A stretch of 64,000 nt of DNA from Tubiluchus corallicola (Eukaryota; Animalia; Priapulida): assembly GCA_030141605.1 (NCBI GenBank), contig JAQGDQ010000631.1, forward strand, positions 58,320 to 122,319. The letters are read 5' to 3'. Under the pieces are notes generated by a model, which saw only the letters and a program-made list of their open reading frames with translations, made no database searches and had not been told where the DNA came from. A program made the translations under genes and the position numbers. Shown one piece after another: positions 39,279 through 53,165 of the stretch (position 1 is its first letter; each line of letters begins with the position of its first letter).

Positions 39279-40731
39279 ACATCTCAAATAATGATCCACT
39301 TTGAAATTGGATTTTCTGACTTCCGGGCTCTTTTTAAATTTGAAATTATTCAGCAGTGCAAAATATGGGCCCCCAAACTTAAGGGGTCCTAGGCTGCAGC
39401 CTATAGTAGCCTATCGGGTAATCCAACCCTAGTCATTTGTACACAACGTAATTGTTCTGTACTACGTAGATATAGTGCCCTATATTGGTGCTCTACTGGA
39501 CGTACTACTGTCCAAGCTTGACGTTTTTTTTCGAAATGCCTGTGACAGACAAATAAACACTGTTATACCAAATAATTTTCATTTTTGTTAATTAGATTAA
39601 TTTCTATATGTTGCCCAATATAGTCTTGAGATTATTTGAACTTAAATGGCTTCTTTAAGAGATGAAGCAGTTTAGTTTTGCATACTTTTCTCTCATTGGC
39701 TACTTTGAAAATGCATAAACACAGGTGATTCCTACAGGTCGTGGAGAAGTGAATTTCTCGATCTATCTATACAGTTGATATTTGGTTTCTGAGCGTATCG
39801 TAACGTGTAGCAGGCTCATCTAAAGTCTGTCCACACTGCTCAGTTTGAACATTTCCTTAACGAGATTAATTGAGATGCTTTGATTTATACTAATCGTGGA
39901 ACGACGGCATAAGTCAGGAAAATAACACAGAACCCATAACACGTGCTTTAGAAAAATCCGTGTTTCGGCTCAACACGTGTTCAATTTGAAGGTTAGTAAA
40001 AAATCTATTTCTTTTGCGAGGTGCACTTTCGAGCCTAATTAAATAATCATGTTCACGATCCTGACAAGAGTAATCAATAAATATAAATGCTTCGTCACAT
40101 ACAGTACTCTCAAACTCAGAATTTTGCCTCACTTGCTAAATCTACAGTATAATACTCTAGCATTATTTTTAAAATCTTGACTTAGCTTTGAAGTGATGTT
40201 CGAAACACAATGTTTGTTCTGCCATTTGTGATGACGTATGCGCGTCAAGTTGAACCTGCGCACGTTTGCAAAATGGCACATCTGTGGTCGAGTCACGCTT
40301 CGATTAGTTTAAAAAGCGGCAATTTCGCACGACCATTTTCATCGTCTCTTGTCATGACTAGTGGTTTATTCAAAACACGTCAAAACGATTGTCTCGGTTT
40401 GTTAAAATAATTACATTACGATCTAGCAGTTTTGCTGCTGAATCTTAATTAGATCTTTGCACCTAGATAATTAATTAATTAGATGATTACACATGTCAAG
40501 GATTTTTGTTTGTTAAATTTAATATAACGTTTTACAGTTACAAGTGGCGACATCTGGCTTCAGTTTTTGCATCCTAGTCAATTTCCGGTCATTCAAGTTT
40601 CAATGTGTTCAAGTGATGACGTGTTTCTGTGTAACTCACGATTTAATGCCAACGATGTATGTAAATTTTATTTAGTCATTTATTCTCCCTTTAGTTATAA
40701 AATGGCAGTAGTTTGCCTATAATTTCTTTAA

Positions 40732-41329
40732 AGGAAAACAACCTAAACAACCTACTTTGTAAGATATTGAAAGAAAACATATATTTTTTTGAAAAATGAC
40801 TTACGTGAAAGAATTATTACCACACAAACACAATTTCACATTCGTGCGGCTATTTATTCGCTCTTACATGCATTTCACCATTCACTAGTTAGATGGGCAC
40901 TAGCGCCTGTATCCCAGAAGCGTGTTGCGCAAAAACAAGTATTGTAACTCTCAGTTCCGAGATGTTTAGTTATGACGTAGCACACACGTTCGACAACTCA
41001 TGCATGACCTGAACTCTAAACTTGAAATTTGCCGTGTTTTAGTAAAACACACTGAATCTTTTACAGTAGCACTGTAAGAGAATTTTCGCTTTCCCAAACA
41101 CGTGCAACGCTTTAACAGTTGAAAATTATGTTAGTTTGTGATGTCATCACAATGTCGGCTCATCAGCGACTAATTAAGCTTTTAACTTTTTAATTTATTA
41201 ATTATCAGCTTATTAATTTAACATATTATTTATTCATCAGAAACACATTACATTATCACAGGCGCTAAAATGTATGTCTTCATGAAACTTTAAAATGGGG
41301 CAGAACGTGAAAAATCATATCGTTTTCCT
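40732..41329 (+). mobile_element. Kolobok-like MITE family A, copy with both ends
   Basis: TTAA-AGGAAAAC ... GTTTTCCT-TTAA. A TTAA target with RR...YY termini fits Kolobok rather than piggyBac. Several other copies occur in the window. Confidence 0.8.
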
Positions 41330-44300
41330 TTAACAATGATTTGGGTTCCAGTATCGCCACAACTATTAAGCTATAGCGCGACCCCTGGTGCCGAGTGCTG
41401 GGCTTTGGACATGTCAAACAGTGTCACACAAAACTATAATGTCACAAATATTCAGTAACAGTAGTGCCAGAATGAGCAAAGTCTTCTGACTGCTATTTTA
41501 AAGAAAAGGATAAGTAACTTAGCAATTTTATTCAGTCTATTTTACTGTTTTCAGTTAAACATAGACAAAGAAAACGAAGAAATTTTAAAAAATGTCTATA
41601 AAGCATAAAGATAATGTATACTACAATTGTTTAGAAATTTTTAGGCACGGTTGTAACCACAATTCACTTGATAAATTATGACGTAACTGGAGGAAACTAA
41701 CTGACGTCACGACTTCGCAAACGCATCGTAGTTTTCCGTAAGCACGAGCCGTTTAAACTAATTCAAGGTTCCCCGGTTTTTGCCTAATGTGTACGCAAAA
41801 TTATCACAAAATTAGCTACGCATTTTTTTTATAAAATCGTTCTACAGTTTTGACAGAAAGCGACAGTACGCTGTTTTTCTTCCGTCATTGGTGGAAGAAT
41901 GAGCGTTCAAAGTGGGAGTGGCCAAACGTGACTTTTCAAGTGATTTTGCTAATTACACGAGGCGCTTTTCACCCATCTAACATTTTTCGAGAACATTGAT
42001 ATAAGACCATCTTCCCAGAAGGTTTGACTTTTCCTTTAAACGCGAAAAAGAAACCAATTCAAAAAAATAACAAAATTCCATGCAAATACGTGCAAAACTG
42101 TTGCATAATGATTGTCATAATTTAAACGGGTATCAGTCTAAACACGTCATTACTGAAATGAAAATTAAAATCACTTGATGAGCAGCCATATTTTAAAATT
42201 TCCCATACTTCTAATGAGGAATTGTTAATGACACTGTAATCCGATGTAATGACCCAGAATAAATCATTGAACCGTACTTTAACTAGCATATAAACATTAA
42301 GCTTTATTTTCTGATTTTGACACCAGCTTTTCTTTACTTATGTTCACTAAGTGTAAATTGTTTCTAGATTGTTATAATCAACTAGGTAATACTATTTGTT
42401 AGTTTAGGGAATGTTAGTCCCCCCCCCCCTGGGTTGGGTTAAACGTGTAACTGTACGTTGGTGTATTTAAGCGGATTGAAGCCAAACACATGGATTTCTG
42501 TACGTTCATGACACAGATTTCTCGGACAGGATATGCAACTTGACTTTGGTTGGTTAAACTGCGTTTTTGCGTTTTACCTGATTGTCCATTAGCTGACGTT
42601 TGAAAAGCTAATGATCTATTCGTGGTGGTGGAAGATGTCCACTCATTGGTTTACCTGGCTTTGCTGATCTTACCATGCCGAGAAGATGTCGTTTCGGATC
42701 ATGTGAGAGCACCGTCGTGCAGTTGGAAAGGTGCCCAGCTCGATACTCCATCGCATGGGACGGAGAAGTCGTCACTGCCCGGGTAGGAACTGTATGCCAA
42801 TAAACCGGAAGGCAAAGGTACCTGTTTACTTACGTTATCGTTAATTGGCGCCAGAGGGAGAACTTGTTTTGATGTGAATTTCCGAGCGCATGTATGCCTA
42901 CAGCTCCGTTCACACGTCACCCTTTTGTTAGACTTACGTTGAAACATTTAGCTACGTTTCTCTCAGACTTTTTGCGTCGTTACTGTGGGAGTCGTGAACC
43001 CATTAGATGAAATCTGAACCATACTTTAGTCGTTCTAAAGGACTATGACCACAAACTACACTTGTCTGGAGAAGATATTATGCTAGCGTACGCATTTTGG
43101 GGTGGCTGGTAGAGTAAGTAGGAACCCTTTAAATAGTTAGGAAAACTGTATGATTTTTGTATGTTTTGTCATTGCATTTATTTCATGCCATGCTTTTTAG
43201 TAGCGTTTTCAGATTAGCTTTTGCTTATTACTAATTTCCATTGTTTACAAAAGCTCAATTATACAACTGTTTTTGTTTGTGTCATTAAACTTAATATTTT
43301 GTCATTTATTCGACTGGTTACAGTTTGGCTTTTAGGGTATAGATGGAAAGCCTGTTTTTGATCAATCCCACCACAAAAGAATCCATGCTATTTAGGTAGA
43401 GCCCCCGTAGAGTCTGCCTACGCTCAGCTATTGTCTGTTTCTTTAGTGGGCAGTCGGTTAGTGCCCCTAGCTCGGCCAAGGAACTGATCGAACTTAGCAG
43501 CGACTACCATTAATTGGCCCCTATGGTCTGCCCCTGTACGCACGGGCCATTACATCCGACAAGGAATAAATGACATAGAGCTTCATGAATTTGACGATAA
43601 TGTACTAGTAACACGGTAATAAACAGTTAAGGTCAGTAACCAATATTTAAATTTTAAAATATTGCTGTCATCTAAATTCTGGGGACAGATGCTGAGGAAT
43701 TAAAATAACCAAAAATGATGCAATTAACCCTAACCAAAGACCTACAAATAACTAACTTATAATTCTAGTTATAGAGGTTCTTGACCATACTGACCGCGGT
43801 CTCCGTGACCCGACCGTGGTCATAAACCCGGTCTGGGCAGCTTATTCATATTGCTTCTTTTAAGTGAACACTGGTTCTACTAGTAATAGTTTATTGACTA
43901 TAGAATTAATATTTACAATCTTTAACAGGGATAGCAGAATCTAAACATTTCAAAGTCCAAAATTTTCTACTTTTTCTGAAAACAGCAACATTATACAAAG
44001 CTTAAAAAAGTCACAATAACAAACTTTAATTTGGTATCAGTAAAAATATGATAGTGACTGAGCTGACTTTACAGAATTTTACAGAATTGTAACACTTCAT
44101 TATGGTAGTTGCAAAATTTGTGTATTTTTTTTATTTTTAAGTTTTTGAAATATTAAAACGGATCTTAAATGCAAAATTGCTATTTATAAATGACGTTAAA
44201 TATGTAAAGACTCCAATGGCGAATCTTCTAGTTTCAGTTTTTATATGACAGTCCATCAAAACTTGCTTTTCAATTTGCATTTCTGCTGTAGAAGAACATA

Positions 44301-44433
44301 CAGCAACTTACACTTTACTTCCTTAACGTTAATTATCAATAAAAATTTTATATTTGAGATCTGTTTTAACATTTTAAGAACTTATGAATAAGTTGACACA
44401 CTAATTATTGCAAGTACCATAATGAAGTGTTTT

Positions 44434-44482
<49 letters not shown>

Positions 44483-45445
44483 GTATATATAATTCTATAT
44501 ATTATGTTATGTATACGAATATGTATTTGTCTATATACATATATAATATATAAATATTATATACATATTATACATACATATTATATACGTATTATATATA
44601 TATATATATATTATGTTATGAATACGAATATGTATTTGTCTATATACATATATAATATATACATATTATATACGTATTATATATATATATATTATGTTAT
44701 GTATACGAATATGTATTTGTCTATATACATATATAATATATACATATTATATACATATTATATATACATATTATATACATATTATATATACATATTATAT
44801 ATATATACTATTATTCGTACTCGAGGGACTTGCTCTGTACAACGACAACGAACTTTGCAACCATCTTGTATTTGCATCATTTCTAGCAGCTAGGGGCTTA
44901 GTGACGTGACGCAAGGAAGAAACTTTCATTATAAACTTTGATAATTTGTGTCTTCTGAAGTTTTATGCAACATCTGCTCCAAAAAGATACTTTACATACA
45001 TGTCCAAGGCCTGGCCAAGGTGTGTTGGTGCCTAAAGCTCACCCAGTGCCATGTGTCGTTATATCACTACACTTCGTAATCTAAAATATTTCAGTATGCG
45101 CTTACATACCTTTCGTAAATACTGACAATAGTTTTCTCGTAAATAATAATGTACTAGACGTAATCACCTTACTAGCTGACTCGATGTACAGTCCTAGATC
45201 ATGGCTGTAATTGTGAGGCGCTGTCACTCTTGTGAAATATTGAACAAGAACTTTTCAGAACTTGTAAAATTGTAAGTCTGTATGATAAGTGACATTTGGT
45301 CCAGAATTAGATGAAACGGGAAGTTCAAATAACCAAACTGTATGAGCCATTATTGATCGTGAAACTTCGTGACTTAAGACCTCAACTAATGGCTGATACA
45401 TGTTGTGGTTACAGTGTTGCCAACTTGCCATGTCAATAGGTGAAA

Positions 45446-45833
45446 TGGTTGGTTGGTTGGCGTCCTTCTGTCTCGGAAGACAATGGAGTGTGCGCCAAGA
45501 GAGTCAGTTATTGATCACGTTGATGGAGCTGCAGCGTCGACTGTGGCTGAGCAGTCCGATCCTTGAACCACTCGAGTGGCCTGGGCAAAGTGTATGGAGA
45601 TCCTGAGTTGCCCCAGACAACAGGAACCCCCCCCCCCCCCCTATTCCTCCCTGGTGTAGTCCAAAGGAAAGCGGAGCGATACGCTTGCACCAGGTTGGCT
45701 GCCGGAGTCAGTGAGCATGCTGCACTGGTCCGCCCTCGGGGCTCCACCCATCCAAGTACTAACTAGGCTCTACGTTGCTTAACTTCGCTGATCAGACGAG
45801 AACCGGTGTTTTCAACGTGATTTGGCCGTAGTC
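45446..45833 (-). mobile_element. 5S rRNA-headed SINE, copy 2 (internally deleted)
   Basis: 5S head begins GACTACGGCCAAATCACGTTG at 45833; (CCAA)n tail; TSD TCAATAG(G/A)TGAAA (45433-45445 and 45835-45847). Inserted at the edge of a minisatellite of about 29 bp. Confidence 0.9.
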
Positions 45834-46234
45834 TTCAATAGATGAAAGCATTGTGATACCATGTCAATAGGTGAAAGCATTGTGATACCATGTCAATAGA
45901 TGAAAGCACTGTGATACCATGTCAATAGGTGAAATCACTGTGATATCATGTCAATAGGAGAAAGCATTGTGATAAAAGGTGAAGACCTTGCTATGATACT
46001 ATGTAATGATATGAAAAGCAACCCAGTCAAGATGCCTCATTCTCCTGTACCTCACTAGAGCTGTAAAAGACATTTATTTTCTCTAATATACTTTATTAAA
46101 ATTGTACCTGTTTCTAATATATTTTTGAGCCATCTTGGTATCTCTGGGCAATGGCATCCTAAACACGTGCTTAATCTGCTGACCCAGCCGTGTGCAGGGC
46201 AGTATATAGCACGTGTACTTTAAACGCTAAGTAT

Positions 46235-46500
46235 AAATGTTGTGTACCTCAAGGATCTACACAAGGACCAGTATTTCTCTTATCTATATTAACGACCTAC
46301 GTGTTATTGCTGACACTACAGTACACGGCTGATGAGACGAAGCCTTTCATTAAGTCTACTAAATTATAAACTGTGGTGTACCTCAAGGATCTACACAAGG
46401 ACCAGTATTTTTCTTATCTATATTAACGACCTTCGTGTTATTGCTGACATTACAGTATACGGCTGATGAGACGAAACCTTTCATTAAGTCTACTAAATTT
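46235..46500 (+). pseudogene. Tandemly duplicated, decayed LINE reverse-transcriptase fragment
   Basis: TGTGGTGTACCTCAAGGATCT...GGACCA...ATCTATATTAACGACCT encodes CGVPQGS.GP...IYINDL, followed by a degenerate YADD-like GCTGATGAGACG. Two copies about 134 bp apart. Confidence 0.75.
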
Positions 46501-47139
46501 TTAACTTTGCAACATCGTAATAACTGACACTGCGAATTTATGAAAGATTGATAACTGGATGAAAAAATAAAAAAGAAAATATTGTCAGCAAATATAATCA
46601 CGGCAGGATCTCTTTGCTTTTGGCATTAAAATATGCTGTATTCCTAAAACTGTAAAAAAGTGCAGAAAGAAATGATTTAAGAGGCCCAAAGCCTCATTTG
46701 AAAAACGGTAAGTCATCGAGTCATCGACCACATTCGGTTACGTCCAAATGATTGAACATTTTTTGAGCCTCCTCTTTATCGTTGCTATTCGGTTGTCACT
46801 AAGCCTCTAGAGGGAGTCCATGCAAAAACAAAAACAAAAACAACAACAACAAAACAACAAAATAACTAATTAGCCACAATCTGTGCTCATATCAATATAA
46901 TTTACCAGCTAATTATTGACGCAGGACATTCTAGTGTCCGGTACCTTTTCGGAAAATGTTCGCGTAGGCTCGTAGGTTGACTCATCCGGTCTGGTAGTTG
47001 CGCATGCGTAGCAGCCACATAGGCTAAACCAGGAATGAAACATCGATCTAAACTCTCTTTTAAATTTTTCCTAGAGGGAAAAAAGAGATTGGCTATTGTT
47101 TTGAATCATTGTTCTCGGATCTGGGATAAATTTAAGAGA

Positions 47140-47162
47140 GAAACTGAAAAAGATAGAAACGG

Positions 47163-47214
<52 letters not shown>

Positions 47215-47839
47215 AGAAGACAGACAGAAAAACAGTGAAGTAGGGAAAGAGAGAAGAGAACTGGATGAATGAGAGAGAGAAGAGAGAGAGAATGAGGAGA
47301 GAGAGAGAGAGAGAGTTGCAGACAATGGGGGAAGAAGAAGAGCAAGAGACAGAGAGACAAATAGAAAAGAAAGAGACAGAAAGAGATTAAGACGGGAGAA
47401 AGAAAACAGAATGAATAAGGGAGATGTACACAGAATCTAGATCGTTTAGAGATTCTTATCAAAAAGATCAAAGGCTTCATTAAGGTAAGATATTTTAGAA
47501 TAATATTTAAAATCGATGATCAGAGATTGAAGAAAGAGAATTGTGTGACAGAGGGAGAAAGAGAACGAGAGAGGGAGAGAGAGAGAGAGACAGAGAGTTG
47601 GAAAACAGAGAGAAAGAAACAACAGAAAGAAGAAACAGACAGCGAAAGGGTGAAGTAGAGAGAAACAGAACTGCGTGACAAAGAAGAGAGAGAGAGAGAA
47701 AGAGAGAGAGAGAAGAGAGAGAGAGAACGAGAGAGAGAGAGAGTTGGAAAATGAGAGAGAAAGAAACAACAGAAAGAAGAAACAGACAGCGAAAGGGTGA
47801 AGTAAAGACAAACAGAACTGGATGAATATGTGTGAGAAA

Positions 47840-47882
<43 letters not shown>

Positions 47883-47883
47883 A

Positions 47884-47961
<78 letters not shown>

Positions 47962-48050
47962 TTGGTTGGGAAAGGAAGTGAAGAAGAGACAGACAGGGAG
48001 AAAAACACTAGGATGAGTGAAATAGATGAAAGAGAAGAAAAATAGACAGA
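47140..48050. repeat. Purine-rich (GA) low-complexity region with internal duplications
   Basis: GA tracts, plus a duplicated GAGTTGGAAAA...GAAACAGACAGCGAAAGGGTGAAGTA block. Confidence 0.9.
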
Positions 48051-48983
48051 AGACATGTTTAGTGTATTGAGACACGAAATGCATTAACACTCTACACTTA
48101 CATTGTAAAGTCCATAAACGAATGGATTAACACAGGAATTGCTCATAGCCAACCAATTACAACAGAACCAGATGATGTTAATGTATTTGTACCTGAAAAA
48201 TAATCACCGTTCATAAATTATTCACACGTAAATTAAATGAAAAATGTGCAGTCGAAAATAACACCTCCTCCTGGTGAAAATGTTACGCTGATGGACGAGG
48301 TATCAATCTAATAACGTTTGCTAATGGCTCCCTCTTGACTGGGAAAAATCCCCCGGGAATGGCAAACGAATTTATCATAATAATTATTGTAAAAAAGTCG
48401 ACAATGCGCTGCAAGGAAGATGTTGAATTGTGATGGATTTGCGAGCGAAGCCATCGATTAATAATGAAGCCAGTTTGGAACTACTGTCCGGGAAAATTGG
48501 AGAAACGGGAAAAATGGGAAAAATTTTTAGAATATTCAAGAAAAAACAATAAGTTTTTTTGGTGTGTTAGTCTCGTACTATGTAACAATTATTGCATAAT
48601 GAGTTCCTATCGTAAATTTATTTAGCTCTTATAGCAAAAACCAGGATCCAATCTTAAACTGCAGGTCAAAACAATCTACTCTTTAAAATACTGAAAGGAA
48701 TACTATTTTTTTCAAAAATGACTTACGTGAAACAATTATTACCACACAAACACAATTTCACGTGGAGCGTTTTCTTGGGCTTCAAATAATCATAAGAATT
48801 CAAATTTAAGAAGAAAGCCATGAAGTTAAAATATGAGGCATGTAGTGGGTGCATAAGCCCTTTTTTGGTTTTAATTTACTTCTGAATTACTGCCAGGGTG
48901 CTGCCACCTGTCTGTTTATTTAGTAGGCATTTAGCTTTTTACGGTAGTCACTCTTTTAAAATTAAAGCACCTAATCTGCTTCA

Positions 48984-49539
48984 TATACGGCCAAATCACG
49001 TTGAAAACACCGGTTCTCGTCTGATCACCGAAGTTAAGCAACGTAGAGCCTGGTTAGTACTTGGATGTGTGACCGCCTAGGAATACCAGGTGCTGTAGGC
49101 CTGCGGGGATGCCCACACTGTATCTCGACACTAGGCGGAGGAGCTGCACAAGCAGCCAACGACTAGAGGGCGGAGGAGGTCAAGTGACCCAATGGCCAGA
49201 GGAGTAAACCTTCCAAATCAGGAGTGGAGCCCCGAAGGTGGACCAGTGCAGCATGCTCACTGACTCCGGCAGCTCCTGCAGCCAACTTGGTGCCAAACGT
49301 ATCACTCCGCTTTCCTTTGGACTACACCAGCGAGGAAGAGATGGGGTTCCTGTTGTCTGGGCAACTCAGGATCTGCATACACCTTACCCAGGCGTGCGCC
49401 CTGAAGAGGCCACTCCAGTGATTCAAGAAACGGACTGCGCAGCCACAGTCGACGCTGCAGCTCCATCAATGTGATCAATAACTGACTCTCTTGGCGCACA
49501 CTCCATTGTCTTCCAAGACAGAAGGATGCCAACAACAAC
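48984..49539 (+). mobile_element. 5S rRNA-headed SINE with RTE-like 3' end, copy 3
   Basis: Full 5S head, shared body, tail CCATTGTCTTCCAAGACAGAAGGATGC(CAA)n, degenerate TSD AATCTGCTTCA / AATATCCTTCA. Confidence 0.92.
48986..49100 (+). pseudogene. 5S rRNA-derived SINE head (not a 5S gene)
   Basis: TACGGCCAAATCACGTTGAAAACACCGGTTCTCGTCTGATCACCGAAGTTAAGCAACG...GGTTAGTACTTGGATG...GAATACCAGGTGCTGTAGGC. Box A and box C are recognisable and no oligo-T terminator follows. Confidence 0.9.
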
Positions 49540-50754
49540 AATATCCTTCAATACATCAGCATTTTGGCCTTTCGTGAGCTATAGCTGTAGTAGTTGTTTT
49601 ACATTTTACCTGTCATTTGATTCTCTCCGCCATTGCTCTATTTTCTTAGGCATTGTGACTGTGAATTTCTTACGAATTTATTGTTGTGACGTCGTTGTTC
49701 TTAGGGCTAGTTGGAGTTCTCATTCTTGTCTTTGTAACTGCTAAAGGCTCTAACAACCTAAGTTACTATAAAAGTTATAATTAACTACGTAAGTTATAAT
49801 TAATTTCTATATTGTCTACATAATTTTTATATCAGTTCTTAGTTATACACTTAATCGTGCAACTAATTCTCTTCTACTCAATGTAAATAAAACTAAATGT
49901 TGATAATTGTATTTTTGTTTTTGTTTTGTTTCTCTCGGAAGGCTCGTAGAGAAAACCAGAAAACACTTCGTCAAATTAAACTAGTTTATTAAGTGAGAAT
50001 TCTACAACACAAAAGTATGAAGGAACACGAAATGATTACACTAAACGTGAAAATCTGGAAAACGTTTGAGTGTATCTGAAAATGTAAGTATACAAGAGAA
50101 TGTGTAAGTAGCGTCCGTGTAAATCTGTGTGTCTCCCCCTCAGCGGCCTGCTTCGCCTTATATATCGTGCCCGAGAAGCTTCTAGAAGTTTCTTTCCAGA
50201 ACATTCTACACGGTAAGACGATTATTCTAACAGAACATTCTACAATGTTCTATTTAATTCTAATAGATGCCAGCGATCTCTACAACAATTTCAGAATAAA
50301 GAAACTTTTGGTCAAAACGTTAAACTGTTGTCTGTATCTATTTCGGGCCAAATCCAGGGTTCGTAGAATTGACCATTTCTCAATATTTACCAGTAAAACA
50401 AGCAATTACGCAGGTTCAACCTATCATCTGTTCAAACATTCGCATTAAATGAGGCTGTCGTCATATTTTCTTGAAAAATCAGTTTTGGCAAAAACACTTA
50501 TGGAATAACGAATGCAGGGCGACGTGTAAAAATCGTTTTTCAATTTATTGGATTAGCAGAGTAATGAATTGGTTTGGCTTAAACAACTCGTTAGACACGC
50601 TAGCCAACGTAGTTTGCAGTAACGTTTAAGCGACAGATGTAATTTTTCCGGAAAACTTAAATCAATTGGGGTTTATAACGGGAAATGCGTCAAAATGCTG
50701 GCGTTCTTACATTTTAGTTTTACTTCTAAGCGACAGAGGGAGCCAAAATCTTAT

Positions 50755-51160
50755 TTAGCACAAGAAAACCCTCCACTTACGTAAAGCTTTAAAAATTTGC
50801 CTCGAAATTTTGTACTACTTTTTGCATACAGGGCCTGCAGCGGCAGTAACGCTGTATAAAACGCAGCCATTTCAATAGTAGATCGTTTGAAATAATTTAG
50901 ATAACATTGTGTAAAGTTTGAAAAAATAATCAGAGCATTCGTAGCATGTTACTAACTAAAGAAAATTCGAAATTACTGTATCTTGTCAGTGAGACTAAAA
51001 ATACGTTTTTTGGTTACTGAGTGGTGCACTCTGAAAATGGTGAAAAAGCGACATTATACCAATTGGCACAAACATTTTAAACTGTTACTTCTAGTTACAT
51101 AAGTCTTTCCAGTATGTAAGCGAAATGCTAAGTAATAAAGATTTACATGGAAGTGTTTTA
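50755..51160 (-). mobile_element. Kolobok-like family B, partial copy
   Basis: CACAAGAAAA...CCACTTAC...GCAGCGGCAGTAACGCTGTATAAAAC shared with 51888-52541. Confidence 0.75.
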
Positions 51161-51887
51161 GAACTAAAAAAATTGTAAATCGTCAATACATTGTTACATA
51201 TGTGTTATTATTACACATAAAAATAATACATTAGTATTAAGACAACGTGTTTTGCTATGAGATGCTATTAAACGATCGCACTGCTATAATGTTAATGGCA
51301 GCCAATAATGTGGAATTGTTTGATTAGTTTGACACGTCAGAATCTGGCTTCTGTATGGTTTCATCTATGACTGAAGACGGATATCCAGTGTCAGTTACTG
51401 TGAAGTCCATGTCAAACTTGGCTTCTTTATTTACCGATACAGTCCGAATCTCTCGCGTCAAACTGTCTACGTTTATTTGCTGTAACGACGCTTGTCAAAA
51501 GCACGTTGTGTGTTTAACGAGGCATATCCAGAGCTGCCAGCCATTTGAAATGTAGAAAGTTCGAAAGTCGTCTCGCTCCCGGCAGGAAACCGGAAGAGGG
51601 AGGCAGATTGTGCCCCAGAAATTTCTGTTTTTTTTACATCAAAATCAAATTATTAAAAATTTGAGGCAAAAGTAGAAAATATTGGGTACCTGTTCACATT
51701 GTATCGTTTACTAATACGTGCTGTACCATTCAAATACGTAATAAATAAAGAATATATATATAGTGAGCTTTCGTATGTTGTTATTTAAGATCACTCTTAT
51801 AAATAACTTCTTTACATTTATATATATATATATAAATACGTTCTTTTGAACACAAGAAAAAGTTTAGAATCACCCGAAAGTGCTTAA

Positions 51888-52541
51888 GTCACAAGAAAAT
51901 CTTCCACTTACATGAAGCTTAAAAATTCGTCCTGAAATTTTGTACCACTTACATATTGCCTTTTTGCATACAGAGCTTGCAGCGGCAGTAACGCTGTATA
52001 AAACATGCGATGATCGTTAAACGCAGCCATTTTAATGCTAGATCGTTTGAAACAATTTAGATAACATCGCATGAAGTTTGAAAAAATAATCAGAGCATTC
52101 GTAGCGAATACGTGACTAATTAAATAAAATTTTAAATTACTGTATCCTGTCAAGAAAGTTAAAAATACGTTTTTCGCTAGTGAGTGGCGCACCCTGGTGG
52201 GTGAGTCAGCGACATTTTACCAATCGGCACGAACATTTTAAATTACTATTTCTAGTTGCATAAGTCTTTCCAGCAGTGACGTGAAATACTAAGTAACATA
52301 ATTTTGCATGGAAAGGTTTTTGGGACATAATTTAACATTTCCTTTTCTTCCCCTGATTTACGTTTGCATGGTGACGTCATGTAATGGCGTCGTCAGAACA
52401 GTATTGCGGGAGATTTAAAACAAAAACAAACAAAAATTCTTTGCAACGCGAGTTCGATATGTGCATAAAATTGCTGAAAAAGTATAATTTTTTTAAGTAG
52501 AATTTTCTGAAACCTACTTCAGGTACCCATTTTCTTGTCCT
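51888..52541 (-). mobile_element. Kolobok-like MITE family B, copy with both ends
   Basis: TTAA-GTCACAAGAAAAT ... ATTTTCTTGTCCT-TTAA. Confidence 0.8.
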
Positions 52542-52574
52542 TTAAAACTATGCATCTTCGACACCTTGTACACT

Positions 52575-53165
52575 GTGCAATTGAACTGTACTAGAGCGCC
52601 CCCTGCTACATGTGCAATTGAACTATACCAGTGCGCCCCCTGCTAGATGTGCAATTGAACTATACCAGAGCGCCCCCTGCTAGATGTGCAATTGAACTAT
52701 AGCAGTGCGCCCCCTGCTAGATGTGCAATTGAACTATACCAGAGCGCCCCCTGCTAGATGTGCAATTGAACTATACCAGTGCGCCCCCTGCTAGATGCGC
52801 AATTGAACTATACCAGTGCGCCCCCTGCTAGATGTGCAATTGAACTAGACCAGTGCGCCCCCTGCTAGATGCGCAATTGAACTATACCAGTGCGCCCCCT
52901 GCTAGACGTGCAATTGAACTATACCAGTGCGCCCCTGCTAGACGTGCAATTGAACTAGACCAGTGCGCCCCCTGCTAGATGCGCAATTGAACTATACCAG
53001 TGCACCCCTGCTAGACATGCAATTGAACTATATCAGAGCGCCACCTGCTACATGTGCAATTGAACTATACCAGAGCGCCCCCTGCTACATGTGCAATAGA
53101 ACTATACCAGAGCGCCACCTGCTACATGTGCAATAGAACTATACCAGAGCGCCCCCTATTAGATG
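52575..53165. repeat. 37-bp minisatellite, about 16 units, each with a CTCF-like motif
   Basis: Unit ATGTGCAATTGAACTATACCAGTGCGCCCCCTGCTAG; the minus strand reads CTAGCAGGGGGCGC. Confidence 0.95.

Noticed and set aside
46455-46485. CTGATGAGACGAAAC hammerhead-like string
   Set aside because: There is no room for stem II, and it lies at the YADD-equivalent position of a decayed RT fragment.
48986-49100. Functional 5S rRNA gene (also about 7432-7549 and 45745-45833)
   Set aside because: Dispersed, mutated, without an oligo-T terminator, fused to a shared body and flanked by TSDs, so these are SINE heads.
49940-50290. Possible solo LTR on the minus strand (TTCTAGAA-type motifs, TTTATT, ends CTACAACA)
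   Set aside because: The second terminus and a TSD could not be identified.
51325-51600. GC-richer coding-looking block with an ETS-like CCGGAAG motif
   Set aside because: All frames are short, with no recognisable domain or splice signals.
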